Assembly (NCBI GenBank): GCA_000165425.1
Contig: CT868096.1
Span: forward strand, 558,001-622,000
Reading direction: 5' to 3'
Source of the DNA: Paramecium tetraurelia
Lineage: Eukaryota
Length of the DNA stretch: 64,000 bases
In this document: positions 11,286 to 24,850 of the stretch, one piece after another
How the letters are laid out: the number at the start of each line of letters is the position of its first letter
Position numbering within the stretch: position 1 is the stretch's first letter
Notes under the pieces: model-generated
Told to the model about the DNA's origin: nothing
The model's input: the letters and a program-made list of their open reading frames with translations, nothing else
Database searches by the model: none
Program-made: the position numbers and the translations under genes

Positions 11286-14285
11286 TCATTTTTCATGTGA
11301 TAAAGGTGGAGGTTGATAGAAGATACTAGTTTTTGCTTATTTGCTTCTTCTTGGTTAAAACTATATTACCTGTGAACTTCTTGCTACCTATTTCAATCTT
11401 TTTAATTTGTATTAGGTTTTGAACTTTTTGGCTTTATAGTAAATAGCATACTTTCCAATATTTTTTCTAGATAATATTTTTATATATCTTTAAGACTTCT
11501 AATAATCTTGAATAATTTATGGAAAATTCTAATGACTAAAGTAGTATTTAAATGATTCCATCCTGTCAATATCGCAGCATTAAAATTAAGGGACGATATC
11601 ATTGATTTTTAGTTCTCCTTGCTAATTTTAGATATCATTGTTAATTGCAGACAAATTACTATGGATATCTGTATTTTCTACACTTTTTTTGCCCTTTGTT
11701 CTGATCGTAGGTTCATAAGAGCTTTTCTCATATTCTGGCATTATTTTAGTAACAGATATTTAGAGACCATTTTTTTCACTATTACGAATTGTTTATTTCG
11801 ATTTTTCTTGTGACATTGCCCTATTATAAGTTTTATCCAAAAATTTTAAAGATATTTTCTATTCTTAATATTGTTGATGCTGTTATGATTAAGGCTTCTC
11901 TGAAGACATTGACTTAAATCTTGATCTATTTCTTGTATAAACCTTTTCCAGTGAACTCTCCTTCTCTTCAGGTTTATCTTCTGCTTGATTTGTTTCAGAT
12001 GAATCTGGAGAGGGAGGATGAAACAATTCAGATAATTCATCATTTTCAAATAGTTTTGATTCAGTAATAAATTTGACACACTAGTTACAATTTTCCTGTT
12101 TTCTAATTAATTCAATAATATACTTTTAATTTAAATAATGAATTTCCACTCTTTCGTTTGGTTCTTTTCTAATATTTCCTTTGCTAAAATAGAAAGCCTT
12201 CCTTCTTTATCAGTTTCTCTAAGTCTGGAATATATCTCACATATGGACAATCAGTTATGAAATGTGTAGATTTTTGACAGCAATTACATTTTAATCCTGA
12301 ATGTTGGCAAGGGATCTTCAATAATAGATGGTCTTTAATGCTAAAAAACTTTTCCTTGTCTTCTTAATTTGAATTTAGAATCTCTAAAGTTTAATTTCGA
12401 GAGATTTTATAGATTTGACTAAATGTCATACTTTTTGCTGTGCATTTTCTTTATTCGCCTGTAAAGAATTCATATTCACCAAAGCAGTCTCCTTTATGCA
12501 ATATACACAACGTTTAACCACTTTACTAATCTATTAGACTCACTTCTCCCTTTACTAATATATACAATGATAAGTCATCTTCAATGCAGTTTTTATTGTA
12601 GATTATTTCTTATGGATTCAAATGATGAGATTACAAAGAGAATGCTATCTGTTTTTAAATTTCTTAAGATAAATGATATTTAAAAAAATAGCAATTTTAC
12701 AAGGGTTTGCTCTATATATCATAAATTAATTCTTATCTTAAATTAGGAGTCAATTTTTAAATGATCGAAGAGATCTAATTTCATAAAAATCTTACAATAC
12801 TTCATCATCATTTTTGCCACTATCTTGCTCAAAATAAAATTTTAAATAATTTCTGATTTTGCTCTGCAATTATTAATTGACTTAATTCTAATTCATATAT
12901 CTATTCATTTATACTGAAAATTTTCTAAAATCAATATATAAATTACAACTTACTTATATTTTTAAACTTTGATACTAATATTTTATAGAATCATTCCTAT
13001 GGAATTAAGAGAATAGCCAAATATGGCACTTGAAACAATCATGGTTAAGTTACAAAATAGCATTTCAAAAGGATTTTGAGGAGTGATGTCACCGTACCCT
13101 ACTGTCACCATAGTCATAGTTGACCAATAAAAAGAATAATTGTATCTAATCCAAATAGTATCATTATGCATAGTCATCAAAGACATCCAAGTATTGTATC
13201 CGATTTCTTCAGTTAATAATGCTATCTTTTGCCAAATGCAAGCAGTTATATGAGCAAATATAAATACTATCAACAACACTTTCGTCAATTCAAAAAAGTT
13301 TTAATATTCATCAAAAGTTTCTTATAGTTTTTCTAGAAAATGTCTCAATCTTTTAATAGTTATGTAAACTTAGATTCCAGCCAGAATAAGGGAAATTAAT
13401 TCAATGCTATTCGAGTATTTAGAGTCATTAACAAATAGAATTATTATAGACATTAAATCAAATGTTAAATCAGTCTTTACGTAATATATTAGTATTAACT
13501 TTCTGTTTTCTAGAATTGATCCTTAAACAAGGAGACTTTTATTTGTTTTGATTAGGATATCTATTATACCGATATATCTTAAGAAGTTTTCAAAAACAAC
13601 TATGAATGTGCTTGTGTCTGGTTGGAAAGAAACCAAAAATGGCCCCCAAAAGGTTATTAACATGATTTGAAGAAATAAGACCAACTCCCAAACTAAAACA
13701 AATGTTCCTTGAGGTGGGATGATAGGAAGTTTATATAAGAAGCTTCTGCTATTATCTTCTCTATCTTTAGACTGAAGTTTTACGTCTTTCAAGTATCGTT
13801 CCTAGGTAATCAACATAAAATCTTTATTAAAGGATTTTGGAAAAATATAGGCTTTTTTTTTTAGCTATTCAACAAATGAATTAACTAAAGTCTTAATAAT
13901 AATAAACTAATGTAATTGTCTTTAATCATTGCTCTATTATTCAAATAATTCTTATTTTCCTCTTATTTATTCAGATGTAGGCTATGATTAATAAATGAAA
14001 TTTACTGTACACTCTTTCTGATTTAGAGATGGTACGATATGCTTTTATGAATCGATTTATGGTGAATTAATATATTCATTGCTCTATTCTTCAAAAGGGA
14101 TATCTTGTATTTCTTAAGGAGATAAATTTTTGGGAATGATTTATCCTGCAATTAAGTAAGTGTGAAAAGGATTACAAATTTCAGACATTCTACTTGAATC
14201 TAGCTATTGGTTATGTGTTACTTGACATAGATGAATGATTTCCTGGAAATTTATAATCGTTTAAATTGTTGTCGCTGAGGTTCAT
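11286..14285 (-). CDS. Cyclic-nucleotide-binding-domain K+ channel, copy 2
   Basis: AHITACIW, pore SFYWSTMTMVTVGYGDITPQN, CNBD FGEYEFFTGEQRKCTA, CCHC motif; start inferred through a 22-nt intron near 14200-14221. Confidence 0.92.
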
Positions 14286-14461
14286 GTGATGACAATAAAT
14301 TTAAATTAAAATCGAAATTTATAATCAATAAATTAGGAATCTCAATTGATATACAGAAATTTTCCTTTAATGAAGTCTGTTTAAAGTGTGTTCTTTGATT
14401 GTATTGTTGATAAGCATTGATATTTCCAAGGGTAATTAATTATTAAGTAATTAATATTATA

Positions 14462-16188
14462 ATGAAATTGACATCATTGTTATACTTTTAATTGCTCTTT
14501 CTGGTTGCTTTCACTTTAATGCCGATGCCTAAGCAATTTGAAAAGGGAGATAAGACAGTGAAAATTCTATAGAGATGTGCAATTAAGTTTTCATCTCAAT
14601 AAGATTTCCCTGATCATGTTCTGTAATTGTTACGTCATTATCATGAATTGATGACTTAAAATTCAAATTGTTAATTCGATGAGTCAATCAAGAAACAAAA
14701 TCTTTAAGTAGAAGGGTCATTGAAATTGAATATCAATCTCCAAAACGATGAGCAATTATATTGGGTTAATGATACAAAACAAGAGGCATACACTGTTGAA
14801 ATAGACGAGAAGCTAAATGTTGTTATCAATGCTCCCAATCACTGGGCTTTGGCAAGAGCTATCGATACAGTAAATCAACTCACAGAAAACAATGAAGTAG
14901 AAAATGTAATCTATCTTAAATATTTCGAAGCTTCCTCTAAAAATCTATGATGAACCTGCTTATGCGTACAGAGGAGTCATGGTTGACACTGCCAGACATT
15001 TCTTACCTCTAAAGATTTTAGAAAGAACTATAGATGCACTAGTAATAAACAAGATGAATGTTTTACATTGGCATATAACAGATGATGAAAGCTTTCCTCT
15101 CTTGTTGACTAATTATAGTTAGATAACAAACACATCCAAACATTGGGATACTGCTTATTTCACAAAATCAGATGTCTCATATATCATTGAATATGCATCC
15201 ATAAGAGGAGTGTAGATAATCCCTGAAATAGATTCTCCTGCTCATGCTCAATCTTGGGGAAGATCTCCAGAACTTGCAGAAATGATAATCACATGTGGCA
15301 GCACCATAAAGCAATATGGACAATTTGACCCAACGATGGAATTAACTTATGAAGTCTTGAAATCTGTGATGCAAGACTTCAATGACATGTTTGCCAAAGT
15401 ACAATTTATTCATTTTGGTGGAGATGAAGCTAGTAATTCCTGTTTTGATTAAAGACCATCAATAAAACAATTTATGAATGAACATGGAATTGCAACCTAC
15501 TTTGATCTTCAGGTTTATTATAGATAAAGATAAAAAGAAATTTGGAAAAATGTTGTCAAGTCTTCAAAGAGAGTTGCTTATTGGTATAATAAACAAGATC
15601 AACTCCCTGCTGAAGATGATGATATTATTCATTGGTGGGGATTAACATCCTAATTAGGAGATGTGAAAAATAGAAAGAATGATTTTATTCTAAGCGACTA
15701 TCATCCCTTATATTTGGATGTCGGAGTTGGAAATGCCTTTGGTAATTCCTATGATGCTTACTAAACATGGAAAGATGTCTATAAATGGTCTCCAGTACCA
15801 CCTGAAGGATTTTAAGGGAAGGTTTTAGGAGGAGAAGCTACATTATGGGGTGAAACCAACAATCAGAACACTCATTTTTAGAAAATGTTCTTGAGATCTT
15901 CAATATTAGGAGACACGTAATCTTTTTAATGTATCTCTTAGATTGTGGAATCCTAATTCAAAATAAACTGAATAATTTTGGCAATTTACCTAAAGATTGA
16001 GTGAAATGGAAGACAGAATGAATAAGTACGGATTTCCTGTATCACCATTTACTCATGACTATTGTAAAAGACACACTAAACTATGTTTCCCAACCCTTTA
16101 TTAAGAAGAATAGAATAATCAAGATGCTCCTGAGTCTTTGGTATAGCCATAACCCAATATCATTTTACAAAGTCAACAAAGTGAGTGA
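14462..16188 (+). CDS. Beta-N-acetylhexosaminidase (GH20)
   Basis: Signal peptide; YRGVMVDTARHF, KMNVLHWHITDDESFP, IPEIDSPAH, catalytic HFGGDE, GGEATLWGE; two tiny introns. Confidence 0.95.
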
Positions 16189-16282
16189 ATAACATTTAAG
16201 AATTATCAATAAGATTGTCTAATATTAATTTTATTTCTTTTTTCGAATAAATCCTTAATAAAGTATTATAATAATATATCAA

Positions 16283-18134
16283 TCAATGTTTTAAATTGAA
16301 CTCCGGGTTTCTAGTAGAAAATGATCTAATTCTAGTTTTGAATTAAGATTATTGAACACTTTTCTTGTTCGAAGTTTAATTCACTTGAAATATATTATGA
16401 TTATTACATTGGGATAAATCACACAAGGGTTTTAAAGGTTTTAATTTCGTTGCCAATATGGACTTCTTTGTTAAGGAAGTAGTCACAATTGATAAGTTAT
16501 TCTCATTGCCATGGTTTGTTGTGATCATTTTTTTTTTATTCAATTTCTTTTTGATTTGTTAAGTTTCATCACTGGATTCACAAGATTCAGAGGCTGAAAT
16601 ATCATAGCATTGATTCAATTTGATTGGTTGCATTTATTTATTTAATGTTAATAGAATTGCTTAGCATAAATTTTCACCGATGTTCTTCAACATAGAGATT
16701 GTGAAATCTTTTGAACCTTCAGCCTGATCCGAAATTCTAACTTAGTATATACAGTTCACATTAAGCAATTCACTAAAATAATTAAACATATCAAATACCC
16801 TAAAGAAAATGGCAGAGTTTTTTCCATTTTATTAGACCTACCAAATTTGCTTTGTTCTAAATTAGTATATTGACAGATTTAAGAAAATGCAGTAATAAAT
16901 TATGGATTCTCATCATATCTTCCTACAAATGAAATTCCATATCTAAATTGATAGTGCTGTTTTAATACTATTTATAAGTTTGGTGTAAATCTAGGGCTAA
17001 GTATAGATGGCCTGTCTTTTTTAAAATGGCTTTGACGTGTTGAGCACTGGGAACTTATTTATTGACTTTATGCCATTTTTAATTGATATCTATTCCTTAA
17101 AGATTGGTTTTGCTGTTTCCATGGATGACACCGTCTGGATTCATCATTGGCAAGATTTTAAAATAAAAGTTATCTCTTAGTTGTTTGCCTTCATCACTCA
17201 TTAGGAATGAAATCATTCCTTCGGCTACATAGGACGTAACAACTTCAGATGGATGTTATCTGGCAACTACAACAATCAATGGTTTGGTTGAGTTTCCCAT
17301 AGTTAATACTGGGTATTGGTTGCCTTAATTAACTGAGAGAGCCTTGAGTTTTAGAAGAGTTCTTGTGATTAGATATGATTATTACTGGTTGCTTAAAGGT
17401 TTTAGAAAGGATTAAAGTGAAGTGATTCCGTATGGAGGGAAAGGGGCGAAATAAATGGTCTCGTCCTTTTCGAATAGATAACTAAATGACAATGTGTAGT
17501 AATAATCCGTTCTCTTTTAGTATTGATTTTTGTAGTATTAGACATTCTCGCCTCCTCTGTACCAGCCACTTCTTGAAGTGTAGATGTAGGGATTAACGCT
17601 TAATTGGGATGCCTATTTACTGAGATTGATAATGTTCAATTGAAGCATCATTCTTTCAGGAGTTCTTACACTAAAGAAATACCATCTAGTGCAGCCATTG
17701 GTTTGAGTGTCATTATGCAGAATTAGATTATATTTTCTATCAGCAACTTTATATACTGTATAGAGATTGCCACATTCGAAGTTGGAGTTAAAATGAACAG
17801 GGCCTTTGGAAAACAATTGGGTTCCTTGATATTATGGAGATGCAAAATTCTAAGTCTTGGAGGATTAAGTTATGAATCTTTAATAAATGAGAGGGGAATT
17901 GGCATGTAATTCATGTAGGGTTTTAAAGTAGGTAGGTTCTTTGGAAAAGAAATCTATATCACAACATTCGAAGTTAAGGACATTCTTGGGAGGTTTGTAG
18001 TGATTATGAAAAAATGGCATGGGACTATTTAGATTTATATTATACGCAATTTCTCCAGGATAATCAAATTTGGGTTTGGTAAATTCAAAAGGGGTTTATA
18101 AAATGGGATTGGCAGTCGGTAGCAAATTATCCAT
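16283..18134 (-). CDS. Cytosolic carboxypeptidase (M14D, CCP/AGBL/Nna1)-like protein with degenerate active site
   Basis: FNSNFECGNL, WYFFSV, ARQHPSE, KILPMMNPDGVIHGN and DLH motifs. Confidence 0.9.
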
Positions 18135-18334
18135 TCAATTAGTTATTTATTTTTCTGTTAATTATAAATTTGCAACTTATTTTTGTATAATTGAAATATT
18201 AATAATATTTCTATGGACTGATAGACAATGCAAAATACTCTTGAATTGTTTAGAAGAAGAACATGCTTAATTGATGATGTCCGAAGAAGGAACTTATAAT
18301 ATAATTTGAATAAATAAATAAATTAATAATATAA

Positions 18335-19408
18335 ATGAGAAGGCCAAATGAAGTTGAGTATAGCAAAACTGCTTTAATGGGTATTATGGAAAGATAATCT
18401 AGCCAACTGGTATGAAGATAGATTGGCCCCCCAATAATTGCAGAGAGATCCCAATGCCACCAAATCAGTAATGGATTTTGATATATAATTTCAGTTACGA
18501 GGAGTTGAAGAAGGCATATCCATCCCAGGAGATAATGGATGCTTACTTCCTTTGCCAAGAGTGAATCGCAATCCACCATATATTACTAAAGAGATTATAG
18601 TGCCAGATGATGGATATGTATTATTATATAAACAAATTAAAAGAGAGAATTCAGAACTGAATTCCAGACAAAGTTTGATGCCAAAAACATTCAGAACATG
18701 TAATTAGGGGATTGTAGATCTTTGATAAAAACCAATGGCGATAAAGTTAGCTTCCCAGAATGCAATACAACCGTTGCATAAACTGCAGGAGCTAAATCAA
18801 TCAAATAATTGGATCAAACTAATATGCAATAAATATTGGTGGATCGAGCAGTGCATCAAAATTATACAGACTTTGGTTCCACATTTCGAAACCATCCTGA
18901 ATAACATAATAAATTCTATGCCATTACTACATACTAATAATCCTTTTAACAACCTGAAAACAATGTGGCAGAGATTCTGTCGGATAAAAAGAAGAAGCCA
19001 TAGGCAGCTGGGGGTCGAGAGAGAGATCCCTTTGATTAAGGCTTGAAGATGACTTCGGTTATCACAGGAGAAAAATACAGAAACTGTATCAATCCTATAT
19101 CTAATTGTAGCCATCGATCCAAAAGAGAATACTCAAGTATAAAGGTAATGGATTCATTGCGGAGATGCAGGATTGACAACTGCCTAAAATAACTTAAGAC
19201 AGAGCAGTATGGATAATTATAAAAAAAATGCTAGTTAAGTTCATCCATATGATATCGCTACCAGTTTGCCTTTAGGAGGTAATTCTATTTCTTATTCAAT
19301 CTAGATGGTGTTTATACATTGCATTCTAAATACACGGATCCTGGTCAATTCAGACACATTCGAAGCGATGTCACTAGAATTATGAATAAACCAATCACAC
19401 GGAAATGA
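18335..19408 (+). CDS. NWE-motif ciliary microtubule-inner-protein candidate (CFAP68/95/107-type N-terminus)
   Basis: After removing a 22-nt intron the N-terminus reads MRRPNEVEYSKTALMANWYEDRL; later T-T-Y-Q-Q-S-F-type short motifs; several tiny introns. Confidence 0.7.
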
Positions 19409-19668
19409 ACATCAATTTTATTAGATATCACCTATTTATGTTTATAAAAGCATTTAAACTTATTGCTCATAATATTATCAATTTTAATTCAACTATGAAT
19501 TATAAATACATATTTACTATTTATCCATGTTTTTCTTACTTTAAAAAGTAAACAAAAATTAAATCAATCCTATTATCAGTTCTTAATTGGGCTCAAATTA
19601 ATAAAGTAAGAATAAGTTTAATTAAACAGAATAATTAATTAAAAAAATATACTTGTTCTATATATTAA

Positions 19669-20043
19669 ATGTCATATAGCATGAAAACCTCAACCAATCT
19701 AGGTATGATGAAGAAAAGCAACAACATGAAAAAATCAGTCAACAACAGTTTGAATGCTCATTCTGATTCAACAAAAAGCTTAAAAACTGAACCATCCAAA
19801 GAGGACTTCTATATTTAAATATCTCCACGTTTGGAAACCAAAACGTTAACTTTTACCAATTAAATCAAAAAACTCAAAGTGATCTAACATGAAGAAGTTG
19901 AAGTGAACCAAGGAGTTAAATCACAAAGTCAACCTTCAAAAGAAAAAATAAGAAATATTGTTCAAAAACTAAGACAAGAGTAGCCAAAGAGCCATTTTTA
20001 TAATGACATGTAGGTTTCAAGGAGACTCAAAACCGAACAATGA
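19669..20043 (+). CDS. Hypothetical 124-aa basic protein
   Basis: Intronless code-6 ORF MSYSMKTSTNLG...RRLKTEQ*. Confidence 0.6.
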
Positions 20044-21802
20044 TTAATACATTCTATCTGTTTTTTTTTTTTTATAAATTCACTGGTTAAATTAAATATT
20101 GCTTTCTTTGACTTAATATTGGATTGATATATATTATTTATAGTTTATGTCACTTTTTTTCTTTTTGACTCAAACCTTTGCCATTAATGAGTTAAAAATA
20201 TGTATTAAAATAATAGCACATTAAAAATGTACAGAAATTTAAATTAATAAAGAATGAAACAGAATAACTAAAAGAAGTTTAGAAGACAGATTTATTTATT
20301 AAGACACTTAAACCTCTCGTCACCTCTATTATAATAAAGATACTTATAAGACAATAAAAAAATGGAGTCAATAAATTCTATGCTTAATAATGAATTATAT
20401 TTGTACTCATCAATTCAATCATAACTAATAATAGAGAAATAATAACTAAAAAATGAAAATCAATAGCTTAAATAGAATTCGTTGTTGATAATACAATCCA
20501 ATTGATATTTAGCACCAATTCTTGATATGATTAAATAGAAATAATTAGATGAAGGTACATAAGATAAATTATGAATTTATAAATGGACTTTATCGCATTA
20601 TAATAATTATTATAATAATGAAAAAATGGTATCTGTTAAGCTTAGTTTTTGATGAAATTTTTTCTTAATTCTTGATAGAATTAGGATCTAATGGATTTAC
20701 ACCATATTCCTTTTTGAAGAATTAATAATAAATGATTAAACAAATATATTAATAAAATGAGTATGCTAGTTTGGCTTTTGGGTTAAAAGTACCCTTTAAT
20801 GTGAACATTGAATTACTACAGATGTTTAGAATTTAATAATAATCAATAATTATTGATGGTAATTTAATTTTAGTAGGATAAATGAGCATGATCTTTAGGC
20901 CACTAGAATGAAAATTAAATCAAAACATTAATAATAATCAATCATTTATAAAGTAAATTGAAATTGATTTATATTAAATTGAACTATGAAGTTAAGATTA
21001 TTTAAGCACAGAAGTGATCTTTAATTAATGAACTTAAATTAATAGGTAGCTCTAGTTTTTCAACAAATTAGACACATAAATAATATTTCTTACATACTTA
21101 CAGTTTGTAATTAGAATTATAAAAGAAGTTTCAGGAGAATTGTGATTAATAGTATCCACTATATAATTAGTGAAATTATGATAAGATTAGAAATAATTCA
21201 AGAAGATTGAATTAGTATAGAAGCTTGAATAAATATTATCAAATTTTGAGTTATAAGTTAAAAATTATACTAAATTGTGTACATATTACTTTGAAAATGA
21301 TTATTTTTTATTCTCTATAGTTTTTAAAGAATTTACTTAAATTATCTTGAAATCAAAATCGGTTGTTTAAGAAAATTACCTTAAGAGAAAAGATTCAACA
21401 GCAAAATTCATAAGATGATTGAATTTAGGTTTCTTTCTGAGCTGAATGTAATAAGAAAAAAGTATATTTTAGTAATATAAAATATAAAAATTGCATTTCT
21501 CATTTTGCAATGTATTATTAATATACAAGCTAAGGCAGTATTGGGGATTGATAAAAACTGAATTAGTAAACGATCTTGTTATTTTTTTATATAGAATTGA
21601 AAGATTTCTGTTTGAAAAAGAATTTTACAAGTTTCATTATTATACAACAGGTCAATGGAAATAAATGCAGAGTTATTAAATTGAGTTATTAAAGAATTTA
21701 TAATGATTTAAAGTTTTTGTTTTAAATACTGGTTAATTATGATCAGGGAATGCTTAGAAGCACATTCTAAACAATTATATTAAAAATCCGATCAATTAAA
21801 TA

Positions 21803-24800
21803 ATGGAGCAAAATTAATTCTTCGCATTAAAGATTCCTTTTATTGAGTAAAGTCAAGATTAGTCGACAAAAAAAGGAGATAAGAAGGGAAAGGAAGGAAA
21901 TGCCATTTTAACAATTATTGGAGTAATTGATGCATCAGGCTCGATGAGTGGATGTTGGGAATGGCTATCTGATTTTTGGAATCAAAGCATACCCAAAGAG
22001 AACTTAATCACCATAACCTTTGATACAAGATAGAAGATTTCAGCAGAAGGAGTGTTATCAAAAAGAATCAAGGATCATGGAGGTGGTGGAACAGAGATTG
22101 TTCCTGCCTTTTAGACTATGGAGACTGAATTGTAGAAGGTTCCCATCTAAAATAACATTACTGTAATATTTATAAGTGATGGACAAGACAATAATGTAAG
22201 AACGATCGATGAAAGAATGAAGAAATTAGGTGGTAACACATAAAATCGAAATATTAATTTTATTTGTTTGGGAGTTGAATCAGGATTCCCAACCAACATT
22301 TCAATGAATTTAAGATAACTGTACCATAGAGGTGATCCATAGATTCCTGCAATCTATTTGATTGAGCATGCTTCACCATAAGCATTTTTCAACAAATTTG
22401 AGACCATGAAGAAATACTTTTATCCTTCTTAACAATTGAAATTGGACAGAATGATTAATCTTTTCCCCTATGATGAAGATGTGACTGACGAGGTTTATGA
22501 AGGATAATGGATCATAACAAAGAAGAACTAACTCTAAATTCTTTAAGAAGACAAAGATCCCATTGTATTACAACCAATTGCAGAATCTGATTTGTTGGTG
22601 GATGATGTAGTGGATCTATTCCGTTCTTGGGTGTAAAATCTATAAATCAGAGCAATGAGTGGTGCCTAAGGAATCAAGGACAAAGCTGCTGATGCCTTGG
22701 CAATTATGGAAAGAATAGCCAATAGATTAAGTGATCAATTCAATATGAATGTCTTGAATTTCAATTAAGCAGAAATTGTTGATCCTACATAGCCATTTAA
22801 TGTCAGAGCTTAAAGAAACTATGTCTATAAATATGGAAATAAATTGTTGTTCTTCATTGATGAAGCCAGATAATTAGCAAAAGGAGTTGATATCAAATAG
22901 TTGGGAGATTTTGAAGCAGCTAAAAAACTAAATATTGGTACAATCACTGGAAAGCATTAATAAAAGGCTTTGGCTTTAAAGGGTATTACTGTTGAAGAAT
23001 TTAGAAAAATGAGAGATGAATTTTAAGATATTGTCATCAACTGTGATTTCAAGAAGGAAAATGAATAAGGACAGGAAAGATCTGTTGTAAGTCTTGAAAC
23101 TCAAAGGGATATTGTATCAAACTCTAAACTCGTAGTTGAAGGATTAAAGTATATCAAATCTCAATATGATTTTGCTGAAACATTCCCTTTGGTTGGTCAT
23201 GGCTTAAAAGTTAAAAGAAATGATGGATGCTTTGTCAATCCTTGGTTGGTTCAAGTGGAGAATTTTGCTTAACAAAACAAAGTCATTGACTCTGCTTATT
23301 TAATCAAGAATAACTTTAAAGTAGAACTTAATACTGGAGGAGAAAAAAAAGAAGAAATTAATTGTATCTTACCTTTGTTCCCTCAATCAGATTAAGACCT
23401 CCAACCTATTTTAAGATCTAGAATCATTAAGTTATTACTCACATTCATGGTCTAGCAAAATGTGGATACATTCTATGAAGAAACCTATTTAGCTCTTTTG
23501 GCCAATGCTTTAATCTTTGTGTACAAGTAACCCAGATCCAAATGGTAAGAGGATACTATCAATTTGATCTACTCAACTACTTCCATTGTTTATAAAGGAA
23601 CAGAAAAGTTTGAAAACTATTTAAAAAAGCTTTTGGAGAATCCAACATCCGCCTATCTAGAAAAAGAGGAGTAATATGAAGATTATGTAGCTACTTCTAA
23701 GCCATTTATTTCCTTGTTCTATTTGATGATGACCAAAAATATTGTTTAAGATTTTGAATCTGAAATTGAAAAATTAATCTTATATCACTTCATCAGAGAG
23801 CAATATAAACATTAATAATAATTAACTTATTATCTAAAATTAAAATTAGAGAAATAAGATGAGGAAAGTTTGTAAACTTAATTAAAATCATCCTTTGAAA
23901 AACATGTTAGCATCAAACATTTCAGATAATCAATAACTTAAGAGATAGAATAAGTTATTTTGAGTAGATTTGAAAACGATAATACCACTGTTGATCTTTA
24001 TGAAGAGAAGGTATTTAATAGAGATATGAAACTTACCTTAGAAGTCATTGAAAATTTCTACGAATAATTTAAAGGAGTTAAGTTTGACTAAAAGAGATAC
24101 ATTCACTTAATTTATCATGTAATTAAGACCCCAGAAAATGAAGTCTTCACAACTAAAGTCAATTTCGGAAATATCAAAGATATCTAAAAGGAATTGATTT
24201 AATAAAATAAGGGAGATTTAACCAAAGGAACTTAATCAACTAAAGCTGCTTTAGAAAAAGAATACATAGTATGGTTTATTAAAAATCATATGATGGTTAA
24301 GCCTTTAACATATGAAGAATTACAATTGGAATGCCAAGCCAAAGGTATTGATGTAAACACAATTGCATATAATGTTAAATCAGGTTTAAGCAGTAATTGT
24401 TGTATGTCTAAATAATGTCCATTTTATTTAATTGTTAATGGTTTAGACTACAAGAGACATATCTAAACATGGGGAAGAAAGGTTCCATAAGGATTCCATT
24501 AATATGTTAGAGCTGAAATTTTGAAAGGCCAAACTTTGGAATAAATTATTTAATCTGCTACTCAAAAGTGGAAGAAATTCCCAAAGTTATATTTAGGAAA
24601 TGAAGATGTGGTTCATTAATACATTAAAATGATATCAGAATCATTACCATAAGAATACCAAATCAAGGATTTACCTAATCAACAACTTCTTCATCATTAG
24701 GTCAAGTTAACATTCCCCCAAAAACAAAAGGTTCATAAGTACGGAAACAAAAGAGGCCAACAAAGAGGAGGTAGAAGAGGTGGATAAAGAGGCAGAGGAG

Positions 24801-24850
24801 GTCCTAGAGGAAGAGGTAGAGGAGGAAGAGGATAAAAAAGAGGACCTTGA
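21803..24850 (+). CDS. 1015-aa VWA-domain protein with C-terminal Cys/His motif and RGG tail
   Basis: Intronless 3048-nt ORF; MIDAS motif IDASGSM...GGGT...FISDG; NCCMSKQCPFY...RH...FH; ends RGGRRGGQRGRGGPRGRGRGGRGQKRGP*. Confidence 0.9.

Noticed and set aside
18070..19114. Several overlapping standard-code ORFs on both strands
   Set aside because: Off-frame or antisense to the code-6 NWE-motif and CCP genes
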